Below are positions 37,058 to 49,072 of a stretch of 54,610 nt of DNA, in pieces. The stretch is from Neoconidiobolus thromboides FSU 785 (lineage: Eukaryota; Fungi; Entomophthoromycota), in contig MU626396.1 of the NCBI GenBank assembly GCA_025603075.1, forward strand, positions 1 through 54,610, written 5' to 3'. The notes beneath the pieces are model-generated. The model did no database searches. It had not been told where the DNA came from and worked only from the letters and a program-made list of their open reading frames with translations. The position numbers were made by a program, and so were the translations under genes. Every line of letters begins with the position of its first letter. Within the stretch, counting starts at the first letter, position 1.

Positions 37058-37161
37058 CATGGAGATATATTTCCTGATTTCATCACTTTTTCTATTTTTT
37101 AAGCGCCATTTGAGTGGAAAGATTGTTACTAAGATCCTTGAACAAAAAAATATACCCCTAT
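37058..37161 (-). mobile_element. ~100-bp MITE family, copy 10
   Basis: Inverted near-twin of copy 9, ~420 bp away. Confidence 0.8.
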
Positions 37162-37443
37162 TTAAAATAATTTTGTACCATGCCCAGCTTGAAAAATGAG
37201 TATGAAATTCTGTGGAATCATTGCTTTATTTTTTATTTACACTCTGATGCATGTATAAATTTGTCTCACTAGCAATCAAAAAAATTGATTAGCACTTATA
37301 AAAATAGCCTACAATCTTAATGAAAAAATGGATCCTCATCCAAAAAGAACATTACTGGTTGACGCAATCACTTGAAATCCAACATAGAGTTCCAACCCTT
37401 AGCTTTTTTACAATTTTACTCTTTTTTATTGAAATCAGCTTCA

Positions 37444-37640
37444 TGGATGAAAAAGAAAATTATTGGGATTTATATTTGGCTTTTTTCTTATTAGGGGTAT
37501 TGGCCTTGACTTCGCTAATTTGGTGCTTTTGTTGTGGTACTTGTATAGGTAATGAAATGATGACATATTTTGGATTGAAAAAGAAAAAGGCAAAGAAAAG
37601 AGAGTATATCCAGTTGGAAAATGTTGAGGTTGAGGATTAG
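37444..37640 (+). CDS. Small single-pass membrane protein (65 aa), hypothetical
   Basis: MDEKENYWDLYLAFFLLGVLALTSLIWCFCCGTC...KKKKAKKR: acidic N-terminus, one TM helix, juxtamembrane Cys cluster, basic tail; lies within ORF 37320-37640. Confidence 0.5.
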
Positions 37641-37996
37641 AGTGTTAAGTGGATTTAACGAACTATCGTAGGTTCTGTTAGCTTAGTTTGTTTATTCCTA
37701 AAGGTCAAGATTTTGAATAGGAAGCTTACTTGCTATCAATTAAATGATGATCTAGTTTTTAAACGCATCCAATGGAATGATGTTGATTTTGAAGTTTGCC
37801 TTGCTTGTTCCCCAAAATTATACTTTAAAATCAGGAGTTTACTGTGGTTATCCCAGTTTTTTTAATGGTTGGTAATATTGCGTTTAAATAAAAATAATTT
37901 GTTATAATATGGATTTAGAAAGTAATACTTTGTTTAGCTCCGTTATATATTAATGCAAATTAAGAGAAGAAAAATTCGGCTAATGATTTTGTTTCT

Positions 37997-39096
37997 TTAT
38001 TTATACTAGTTCACTTGGATTAGGTAAAAGTTTTTTTCCTTCGCTAGTAATAGTAATAACATCTCCAAAGTACTCTTCGTCATCAGTTAGTTTATAAATA
38101 GTATTGGGAACTTGATCAATATCAACTAAGCCATCAAAAAAAGCTCATGCTTTATGCGATTAATGATACCAGTATCTACATTTAAAATAATTATTGAATT
38201 AATAAGGCTGCCGTCAGAATAATGAGGGCAATAATTTATCAGAGAAAGAAGGAGTCACTCCATTAACGCGTATCCCTTTTTGATTGAGATAACCTAAAGT
38301 TTGAGTTAAATATAAAACTTAATGGATTTTTAATATTAAGATCTTTAATAAATAAAAGTCGGTCCAATTGTTACCTTATCCCTTTTTTAATAGTTAAATA
38401 AACAGATCATACATATAATGGACTAATGGTGGAATAAGATGATAACTCAATAATTGACAAATCATATTTGACTGCTGGATTCTTTAATATTTGCTCACTA
38501 AAATGTTGAATGGATAAAGAGTTGTCTTTTAACACGAGAGTTAAATTGATATTCATTATAGTATCAATGTTTTCTTTTAAAGTAAAATGGGGATTAGTTT
38601 TTAATATGCTTAAAAGATAAATTTAACTACCAATAGTGCTCTCGAAGTTCCTTTTTCTATCTATAACGGTATTGTTGACCACAACCTTTAATAGTGTTTT
38701 AGTTTGCTTAATTAATATAAATTAGCTACCTAAGCCCCTCCAAAGTGATTTATTGCTTAAATAAATAATTTTTTTAAACCCTGATCTTTAATCATATCAC
38801 ACTCACAGAATACTATTCTTTTTTCATCCCTTTAATAACAATAGTTAATATCAATAACATCAATATTAAAAATAATTATATTTACTTGTTAATTTATTGT
38901 CCTAACTTAACACCATTTTTTTTAGCAATATCACTAATAATAGCACTGAAACTGTATTTTTACATTAATAACGTGAATCATGTATATTACATTATCATAA
39001 ACTAATTATTAACCAATAATAGAGTTAATGCTTTTCCAAATCTATTAACTCCACTGGCTACAATTGCACACTTAAAAGTCGTTATTATATATTGGA
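37997..39096 (-). pseudogene. SDR (HPGD-like) pseudogene, tandem paralog of 39704-40777
   Basis: Decayed exons KCAIVASGVNRFGKALTL, IVFCECDM, VVVNN, YLTQTLGYLNQKGIRVNGVTPSFS, EYFGDVITIT, with stops, frameshifts and a broken splice donor. Confidence 0.72.
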
Positions 39097-39703
39097 ATAT
39101 TATCTATTTGTATTTTTTTATAAAAATTAGTTGTTGTACTTCACTTATTCCTTATTATTCTTTTGTACAAAATTATAGAGTATACTTGTTCTAGGTTAAT
39201 AATGCTTTAATTTTCAATTAATATTGTTAAATGATAAAATAAAAAATAAAAGGGACATATCAACATTAAACTTGTTTAATTAAAGAATTGATTAGTATAA
39301 ACAAGTTTCTCTTTATTATTCCCAAAAGTTGTAAACCGCAACTACTAACTTTTTAGAATAATATTAAAGTGAATATAGTTAATGACAAAGAAAATATATG
39401 TTTATTAATTACTTACTAAACAGATGTAATTTATTCAAAAATCTTTGAAAGACGTAAAAGGTTAAGAATCAAACAGGAAAGCATAGAACTAATAGTAAAA
39501 GACCAAATTCATGAAGAAATATTAAATTATTGTCCAATATCTAAACCTTTAGTAATGTAGGTTTAGAACATTAATAACCAACACTAATTATCAATAATTT
39601 TATTCAACTTTTTATTTAAAATTTTAACTATTTTATAAGCTGCTTAAAGTTATCTGAGTACTTACTTTTTTATAATCTTTATTTTATAACTTTTTAGATA
39701 AAC

Positions 39704-40777
39704 CTAGTTTAAAAAAATAGCCTGTAAATTATCTTTTGGAAGTAAAGATTCTGAATTTGGTGTTAGTGCAATCACATCGCCATAATATTCTTTGTTTTCA
39801 ATCAATTTATAAATTGTGTCAACTACTTTATCAATTGGAACAAACCCACCTAATAAACCAATCTTTTGTTTAAAACTTTCTTTTTCTAAATGCTCTTCAA
39901 TAATTTTGGTTGCTATTGATACTAGATTAGACAATATAATAAATTATTGTAAAATATTTACGAGAAAAAGAAGGTGCAACTGCATTTACTCGAATACCTT
40001 GTTCATTAAGATAGCCCATAAGTTTGGTTACATATATAACCTATATATTTAAATTAGGTATTATTTTATAAATGAAGTGCAATGATTACCCCTCCTTTTG
40101 TAATAGAATAGATTGGGAGGATTGAAGTAGGTCTTAAACCAGCAAAAGAGGCTACATTAATTATACAAAAATCTTGTTTTGGTTGTGGATTCTGACTCTT
40201 TTGTTGCTCGAAGTGTTGGATAGCAAGTGAAGTTCCTTTTAACACTGAACGTAAATTAATGTCTAATATTGGATCAATAGTAGCTAAATAAATCAATTAG
40301 ATTATTGCTTAAAAAAGAAAAAAGAGAAAAGAAAAGTACATGTAGATGTTGTAAATGTTTCCGATGGCCCAATACCAGCATTATTGACTATAATCTATTT
40401 TATGAGCTAACAATCAAATAAAAAATATTTATTACCTGTGCTCCACCAAAATGGACGTTTGCTTGTTCGAACAAATAAATCAAATCTTCTTCTTTTGTTA
40501 CATCACATTCACAAAATACTATTTTTTTATCTTCTCTATTTTAATAAGTTAATGAATTTTTATAAATTTTATAGTTACTTATTGACTTCAGTCTCCAATT
40601 CTTTTCCTCCTTTTATATCTACATCACCGACTATTACTTTAATACTTTGGAAATATTAATATAAATTTCTTTTATACATATTAAAGCTTACCCTTTATTT
40701 GCAAGAAATAGCGTTAATGCTTTTCCAAATCCGCTTGACCCTCCGGTAATAATAGCACAATTTTTTCCAATAGTCAT
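39704..40777 (-). CDS. Short-chain dehydrogenase/reductase, 15-hydroxyprostaglandin-dehydrogenase-like
   Basis: AIITGGSSGFGKA, VNNAGIG, IINVAS, YSITK (YxxxK), GIRVNAVAPSF; multi-exon. Confidence 0.9.
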
Positions 40778-41840
40778 AACTGTTTTAAAGAAAATGATTA
40801 AATATTTCCCTTATTTTTTATTTTATACTTTTTTTATCAGCATGTTGTAATTCCTTGGAAGAGTGGCACAGGCATAAATAAGTAAAATTTAACTTTAAAC
40901 TATTTCTTCATTAATTCTGTTCTAGATAGTAAAAGCGGGATAAATTATTTAAAGTGGTATAATATAGCATTTTAATAAATACTAAGATAAGTGATTTTCA
41001 TATTTATAAAACTCATTATCTTAAAGTTATATTTCTTTGATCAAGATACCAAAGAAAGATTATATTATTAAACCCTATAATTTATGTATTCTAATATTTC
41101 GATCTTATAGCCTTTTAAACGTATGTTTGTTATCCTTAATAACACCAATTTACATTTATATTACTTAAATGTTTTATTAAAGTTTTGGTTAACCTACGAA
41201 TTAAGATCAAGTGAATCATATTTTATGTTGTTAAATGAAACTACCCCTTGGGCTTTATTTGAAAAATAAATCCAATACGAAACAAATGATCATAAGGAAG
41301 TAAAAATATCATTTCCAACTTATAACCCCTCTATGCTTATTGAATCTACTAAAATATTATTTATTTATTAGTGCGTCAGGTTTGTAATGTTTATCTAATA
41401 TTTTATATAACTGTACCGCTTACCAGCTTAAATTATCAATATATTTAGATTGTATTTCCTTAACAACAGGTTTGTTTCCAGGTATGAAGATCAAAGATTC
41501 CTTCGAACCTCCCTTCTCCGTCTTATGTCACTTTCTCTATATTGAACTGTCTTTATAAAGGCCTTATTTTCTATAAGCATCTCTGAATCATATATAAAAG
41601 TTATACAGCTCTAAAGTTTGATCCTCCTAAAGAGGACTTTTTTCTTTCAACTCTATATCTTTTGTATTATATAGGATTTTTTTTGAGGAGTAGAGATGAA
41701 ATGATTCCTGTTTCGTCATTATCTAAAGATAATCAACTGTTGGACATAGTTGCTATTTTACTAAGTAGGATCCACCAATGATCTTCCCCTTTGAGTTCAT
41801 TGACTTTTGTATTTAAGCTTCTATACTGATTAATAAAACA

Positions 41841-41940
41841 TCTAGGTAAGTATTTTTTGTTTAAGAATTTTACTAGCAACCTTTCCACTCAATAGCGCTT
41901 AAAAAATGGAAAAGTAATGAAATCGAAAAAATATCCCCAT
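41841..41940 (+). mobile_element. ~100-bp MITE family, copy 11
   Basis: Degenerate left end; core TTTTACTAGCAACCTTTCCACTCAATAGCGCTTAAAAAATGGAAAA; right end ATATCCCCAT. Confidence 0.72.
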
Positions 41941-43220
41941 CTGGGTTTCGGCTTTCCGAGAAAAAAATTAGATACTTCCTTCCAAGTATATACCTAAATA
42001 GTAAAAGTAGCAAAAAATATGGGAAATGAAAATTATAATAATACAAATATCAATTAACGATTAATTATATTAATGGTCGATTACTTCAATAATCTAATAA
42101 ATTAGAATTCAAATTAATTTTTTAAAATAGTAATATCATGGAACTGATTTAATAAAAAGGAATCAAAACCCAGTTTTGAATATTAATTTCATGTGATTAA
42201 CATATGGTCTATTATAATTATCATCTATAGATATCGTTTCGAATTAGGTTTATCTTCGCCTTACATTTTAGTAAAGAAAGGTTGCTTCATCTTTAATAAA
42301 ATCGTTTTTTTAATCATTTTGAACTAAATAATTTAAACACTAAAAAAATCATTACAAATTAAATTTACTCATAATAGTAAATCTTAGATAGCTCATAATT
42401 CTAAAACGATTTTTATTTTTATTTTCATTCTTTATCAAGTTTTCTTTCATTGATATTATTTTTACTTTGAGCTATATATAATAAAATCATACCTGTATGT
42501 TAGTTATAAAGATTTTGTATATTAATTTATTTCCGGCTTTTCCGGTTTATAATTCATGTTAATTCAAATATTTTGAAAATCTTATTTTTAAAATGAATTT
42601 CATCCAACCAAAATAATGGTAATAAAAAACGTGTTCTTATACAAAATTCAGTTCCATTTCAAGTCTTCAAAATTAAGTAGATTACTTAGAAGCACATAAA
42701 GACCGATTGATTTGATATTCATACTGTAGAGTATACATCCTAGTAATTTTTTAGTTAAGATCTATTCAATTGATAACACTTTTTTACATTGATCTTATAC
42801 CTTAAAATATATTGTTTGTTCATTTAATTAACTATAGAGAATATTATTATGAGAAACCTCGTCTTTTATTCTTTTATAAAAGTATTTGATATGTAAATGA
42901 TTCAAATTAAGATTATCCTTGTAAAATATGTACAATGACCTAGTTCCTAATTTATATAATTCAGGCTATAAGTTAAAAAATCAAACTTAAAAGAATTGTT
43001 ATTCAAGAATAGATTATTAAAATAGATAATAAGGCCACATTTGGGTATCAAAAAAGCTTAGGATACGCAAGGTTAAAAAATCGATCTTTAATAATAACCA
43101 ACAATTGTAGAGCAAAGGGGATTAAGTCAAGGAATTATATTGGCTGGAATAATAAATAAATGAATAAACTTATTTATTGAATTTTAACTTTTCAACAATC
43201 GAAGCTTTTTCTTTACTTGA

Positions 43221-44216
43221 ATGATGACTTTAGAGTGGGACTCAACTAGATCTTTTGCTTATGAAATTATTTTGTTTGTATTTTGCTTTTTTACTATCAT
43301 TTTAAATGGTTTGGTATTATGGGTTACAGCCACAAGAAGCAAAAGGGATAGAGCTATAGATAGTCAGCTTATAAATTTAATTGCTACCTTTGATACTTTT
43401 GTAGCTATTATCTTAGGTGGTTCGCAAATATATAGATGGAGCAGTCATCAAGCTCATGATAATTTAGAGAATGGAATATGGTGTACTTTAAGCGCTGTTT
43501 TACTTAATGCTACAAGTTTCATTGCTTTAGGTTTGACAGCCCAGCTTTCTATCATTCGTTACTTAGCTATTGTTAAAGGATACGCTATAAAAAATTACAA
43601 GTCAACAGTAGCCTCAATATCTGTCATTGTGTTTTTTGTAGTTCTTTTTATAGCTACTAGGGCTATAGGTGTATCAAGACTTATGCCTTCAACCCTCTAC
43701 TGTATCCCTACCACTGAGCCGAGAGCAACTGTTGGTCATACTATCTATACACTTGTAATTTTTCTAATAATTGCACCTGTTATCCTCAGTATACCTGTTT
43801 TCTATGGTCTAGTATCGCTCCATTATTACAATTTAAGTGTTAAAATGAGAATGGAAACGGACGGTTTGAGGAAGATAGCATATTTCCCACATTCTCGTCA
43901 CATCTATTATCTTTTTGCGTTTACTTTTGTTTATCTACTTTCTTTAATGCCACAACTTATTTTACTTATAGTTGAAGCAGCTTCCGATTTTAAAAGAGAT
44001 TATATTATGGATTGTGTAACTCTATTTTTAATCTTTAGTGGCTCTCTAATTAACCCTCTATTCGTCTTAACTTTGCACCCAGAATCGCGTTCAAAGTTGG
44101 TATCTTTATTTAAAAGAGATTCAATGAAAGAACGCCCTGTTGATATTGATGTTGATAGATATAGGATGCACTCTGGTAGTCAATTGGTTAATGAATCTCA
44201 TTTTTCCACAAATTAA
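43221..44216 (+). CDS. Rhodopsin-like (class A-type) 7TM G-protein-coupled receptor, intronless
   Basis: Seven hydrophobic segments; TM1 Asn (LNGLV), TM2 Asp (TFD), TM3 Cys (WCT), SIIRYLAIV (DRY-equivalent), TM7 INPLF. Confidence 0.8.
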   Translation: MMTLEWDSTRSFAYEIILFVFCFFTIILNGLVLWVTATRSKRDRAIDSQLINLIATFDTFVAIILGGSQIYRWSSHQAHDNLENGIWCTLSAVLLNATSFIALGLTAQLSIIRYLAIVKGYAIKNYKSTVASISVIVFFVVLFIATRAIGVSRLMPSTLYCIPTTEPRATVGHTIYTLVIFLIIAPVILSIPVFYGLVSLHYYNLSVKMRMETDGLRKIAYFPHSRHIYYLFAFTFVYLLSLMPQLILLIVEAASDFKRDYIMDCVTLFLIFSGSLINPLFVLTLHPESRSKLVSLFKRDSMKERPVDIDVDRYRMHSGSQLVNESHFSTN

Positions 44217-46209
44217 AGTTTATATTTATATTTACATTTTATTTACATTTTTTGTTTGTATTCACAGTTTTGATAATATATCTGATACCAAACTACTGTA
44301 TTTTAAGATTAAAATTAGACTTTTAGTAAAAAACAAACTACTCAAACTATACAAAATAAGGAAGTTTAATCTGTCGCCTTTATTTTTGTAAAATTTTTTC
44401 CGAAAATTATTTATTGTTACTATTCTGAATACAAGATTCTATCATCATAAACTAGATTATTTATTGGAAAACGATAAAGATTCATATTGCTTAATGTTTA
44501 AAATACAATTAATATTTGGTTCTTTATTTTGCATGTTTTTATTATAATTTAAAAAACAATTAATCTCTATTCAGTATCTAATATAAGATTTTCAATAAGA
44601 CTTATGAGTACTCTTGATATGGATAGCACTTGCAAAAGATAGGTTGAATTAGCTTGATTCGGTTTAGTTTTTAATATTTTGGTCATAAAATTAATTATAC
44701 AAAACGTTTTGGCGATAAAGAGATGATATTTTATAGTCACAAGCTAAGGATATATCGTATTAAAAAGATCTTGGGTAATACCATTACAGCTATATTTTCT
44801 CTTTGTAATCCAAACTACTTAGTTCAGTAAGCAGATGTATCGAATTTCAATATTCTAAGCTTTTAAAATTTACATAACTTTAATTCTTACAAGTCAGTTG
44901 AAATTACTATAGCCCTACGTGTTATACCTATAATCTGTTATAAAACAAATAGTATAAATAAAAATCTTATTCCAAAGCTATTATTTTCAAGCAACTACTC
45001 AGTTTTAATATTAAAGCTCTGATTGTAGCAACGTTAACGTTTGAAACAATAGAAAAATCTACTTAGCTAATCACATCCTTACATTTTAAACAGGTTTTAG
45101 ATAAAAAAATATATGGCCGCTTTCAAACATGAATCCGAATTAATATGTAGCCAAAAAATAACAACCCCGGTTATTCATTTATGGCAGTAATTTATCCTTG
45201 ATTTTCATTAAAGTTGGTTTTCATCAGTTTTTAGAACAATTTAAAAAAGTTTGGGTTAAATTTCTATAATCCCTATAATGAAGCTATACTACTCTTTTAC
45301 TATAAAAATAGTAAAATGATAGAATACATTATTGACATTGGTTTTCAAAAGAGCAATGTTTAGATAAGAAAATAATTTAAAACTGCCCTTTTTTAATATT
45401 TTGTTGAATTACTCATAGGGAGATAGAATAAAACTGATTTTATAAAATTAAAGTAGTAGTCAAGTAATAGCTATAAACAACCAATAAACATAATAAAGTA
45501 TCTTATTCTGATAGTAGTATTTTAAATAGTTATTTAAACCACTTAATAACTAAAATTAGCTTACATAATATAGTATTGCGTTAACATTATTGTGTAATGT
45601 GGAGCGTTGTATATTAACATATATACCTCAAGTATAAAATATGGGCCCTACAATGATTTAATAATACGGCAAAGCTCTATATCATATTTTTAAGCTCCCA
45701 ACCATTTAACACAAATGCAATGGTTATTGTTTTTTAGTTCAAATTTTACATGGGTGTAAAACATTACATCAAAATATAAAAAAATATTGTAAAAAGCAAA
45801 AATATTAAAATTTATTTGATAAAAATAAAAAATATGAGCAAATTCATTCCAATGAATTATAGATTGGTTTAACAGCTTGCATAATGTATTATGCTATTTT
45901 TAACCCTTTCAGCCGCTTCATCTCTATCCTGAATTATTTAGTGACAATTTTTACAGTATATGGATTGTTGATTTTGTTAGTCATTGGGGTGTTGTTCAGA
46001 ATTTAGCAAAGTTTTACTTTATAATGAACAGCTAAATAATTTATAAAAGAAATGAAGTGTTATAAATAATTCCTCTATTCAATCAAATTTAAATAGATTA
46101 GCTAGACCCTAAATGCCTAAAAACTATGGTATTGATAGGAGTAATATAATATAAAAGTTGACATGATAACAGTAAAAAATAAAAAACATCTTACGAAGAA
46201 ATATTGAAA

Positions 46210-46953
46210 ATGGATTATGATAAAATAGGGCAACAAATTCTTCATAATGATAAAATATATAACATATGTAGTATAGCATTTGGTGTAATAGTTACTATAG
46301 TTGGTATGATAACTCTAATAAATGGCCAAAAGTCAAAGAAATTCCATCATTTTGTGTCCAGTTTTACTTCAATATTCCTTATATGTACAGGCGCTGGTTT
46401 AGTAATCATATACCTTATTAATAGCCCCTTTAAACCCACTATTATTTATCCTACCATCTTACATATGATTATAGCGTTAGTCGTTACTAGCTTTGCAATT
46501 TCTATTTTGATTTCAGCGTTTGCTGCCTATTATCATAAATTCTTTGGTTTTACTATTGGGTTAACTACTGTAATGACGATAGGCTATGGTATTGCACTTC
46601 TTACTGAGCATTCTATTGCTATAGCTATGTTAACTCTTATTCCTGGTTTGATTGGTGGATTATTAGGCATTTTTTATACCAAAAAAATAGAAATCTTCGC
46701 TTCACCAGCTTTAGCTGGGTTCTTGATTTCTAAAGGAATATATTTTATAACAACTAGAGCAATTATTTTAAAGCTTAGTATTGAGCTATACAGAACATTT
46801 TACTACGATATTACCGTCATTGCTGTTGCCATTCAAATGATTATCATTGGCATTTTTGGTGGCTATAACTTGTATTTGTTTTTAAAAAAGAAAAAAATAG
46901 CAATTCATCCATTGAATGAAGATAGATTAAGTGAAATTGTGTATAAAAATTAA
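46210..46953 (+). CDS. Multipass membrane protein, DUF4203/TM7S3-TMEM198-like
   Basis: ~7 hydrophobic helices, Gly-rich FFGFTIG and GLIGGLLG, SPALAGFLISKGI; intronless; ATG at 46210. Confidence 0.6.
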   Translation: MDYDKIGQQILHNDKIYNICSIAFGVIVTIVGMITLINGQKSKKFHHFVSSFTSIFLICTGAGLVIIYLINSPFKPTIIYPTILHMIIALVVTSFAISILISAFAAYYHKFFGFTIGLTTVMTIGYGIALLTEHSIAIAMLTLIPGLIGGLLGIFYTKKIEIFASPALAGFLISKGIYFITTRAIILKLSIELYRTFYYDITVIAVAIQMIIIGIFGGYNLYLFLKKKKIAIHPLNEDRLSEIVYKN

Positions 46954-47342
46954 GCTTGATTATAGTGTTTTATTAATAAACTTATATATTTATTCTACTA
47001 TTTTAACGTATTTTATTCACATATAGCTAAACATTAATTGTAATATAATCTGATGCTTTAGTTGCTTTAAGTTTATACTGTCAAAAAACAAATAGTACTG
47101 CTGAAAAAATAGATGTACTGACAAATTTCGGGCTATTGAAAGTAGTAATTATATGTAGTACATAGAAACCAAGCCGTTAATATATAATTTGAACAATATA
47201 GACGTAAAAATAAGTATCCATTAAAACTATTATTTTACAGATGGTTTCAACTTTTTTTTCTGGCGTAATGTCACTTAAACAACTAAATACACTCAAAAAA
47301 AGCTCTAAGATTAAAAACTAAGAACCCGATACCTCAGTAATA

Positions 47343-47416
47343 CGCTCATAACTGGGATCGAACCAGTAACCTCCCGATTAACAGTCGGACGCGCTAGCCA
47401 ATTGCGCCATACGAGC
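47343..47416 (-). tRNA. tRNA-Asn(GTT)
   Basis: GCTCGTA...TATGAGC-G acceptor stem, anticodon loop CTGTTAA, GGTTCGATCC T-arm; 74 nt. Confidence 0.95.
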
Positions 47417-47912
47417 AACTGAGTTCTAGTTGAATTTTAGGATAGTAAAAAATATATTAATTTTTTTAAAGATAAACCTTATAGTTACTGCTAATCGGAT
47501 GTCTAATCCGCATACAGGAATTAATGATTTACCCATGTAGGATTACAATTATATCTAAATTAATTAACTATTTAATATATTGTTATATCATTCATGGTCT
47601 GGTACTTTATAAAATAGGTTGTAATTTATATTGTATTGGGCTAGAATATGGAAGTATACGATAGAAATAAAGTTTGATAGTATTTTACAGTCTATATTTT
47701 ATGAATATTGCTAATAGAAATCATTTTTTAAATGACCAAAAGTTTAACATATTTCACAACAAGCACAAAATGGTTCCAATAATTTTTATATAATAATACG
47801 CATGACAGAAGGTCACTTTTGCAATCAAATAACCTTACCTGAATTATTTAAAACAGGTATAAAATAAAAAGAAATCATTTTTTTAATTAGTATTATTAAA
47901 TCGAAGACAAAA

Positions 47913-49004
47913 ATGGATAACAAAAAATGCGCAATTGTTACTGGAGCTGCTTCTGGGTTTGGTAAAGCTTTAACCTTAATGTTGGTTAAAAATGGGTACA
48001 TAATAATTATTTAAAGAAATATAAAGTTTTTAATAAAGCTGTATATTAGAATTAAAGTGATTGTCGCCGATATTTCAGTCGAAGAGGGTCAAGCTTTTGA
48101 AAAAGAAGTCAATAAGTAAGTTGAAAATTAAAGTTAATAACAATTAACATCTTATCTATTATTATTCAGAAATGGAAAGAATATTGTATTTGTCAAGTGC
48201 GATGTTACCAAAGAGTCTGACTTGATTAACTTATTTGAACAAGCTACTCAACACTTTGGTGGTGCTCAGGTAAAATTTTCTAATAACTACTATAAACAAT
48301 ATTTATGAAATTAAATAGATCATGGTTAATAATGCCGGTATTGGACCAGCAGAACACTTTAATACTACTACAAGTAATAAAACTTAAGTAGTTTCCTATA
48401 CATTTACTAACAAAGAATAGAGGCCATTGATTCAGTAGTAGCTGTTAATTTAACAGCTGTTTTGAAAGGAACTTCTTTAGCTATTCAACATTTTAATCAA
48501 CAAAAAGCAAAATCAAATCAAAAAGATTTGGATTTTTCAATTATTAATGTTTCCTCACTTTCTGCAATCATCCCATTAACTATTTCTCCAGTTTACTCAG
48601 TTACGAAAATGGGTGTAAGATTATTATTTTAATTGTCTTTTTATTTATTTAATGTTTTCTTTTTAGGTGTTATATCTTACTAAAAACTTTGATTATTTAT
48701 CTAAAAAAGGAATCAGAGTTAACGCCGTTGCCCCTGCCTTTTCACGTAAGCTTTTATATCATTATTTATTAATATAAATTTCTAATTAAATCTAGCTACT
48801 AAAATCATGGATAATGGTAAGAATAGCTCAGTATTCAAAAAAATAGTTGAAAGTCAAGGTGGTTTAATCCCAATCGAAAAGGTTGCTAATCAAATGCTCA
48901 AATTAATCCAAGACAAGTCAGTTTTTGGTGAAGTAGTAGTTATTGGGCCCAATAAGGAGTACCTTGTACCTAAAAACCCATTAAAAGGAATAAATAAATT
49001 ATAA
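47913..49004 (+). CDS. Short-chain dehydrogenase/reductase, HPGD-like (paralog of 39704-40777)
   Basis: CAIVTGAASGFGKA, VKCDVT, MVNNAGIG, IINVSS, YSVTK, GIRVNAVAPAF; intron positions appear to match the paralog. Confidence 0.9.
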
Positions 49005-49072
49005 ATTTATTAAATGTTTAATATCAAATAATACACATTTTCAATTATTGTTTTAAAATAAATTCATTTTTT

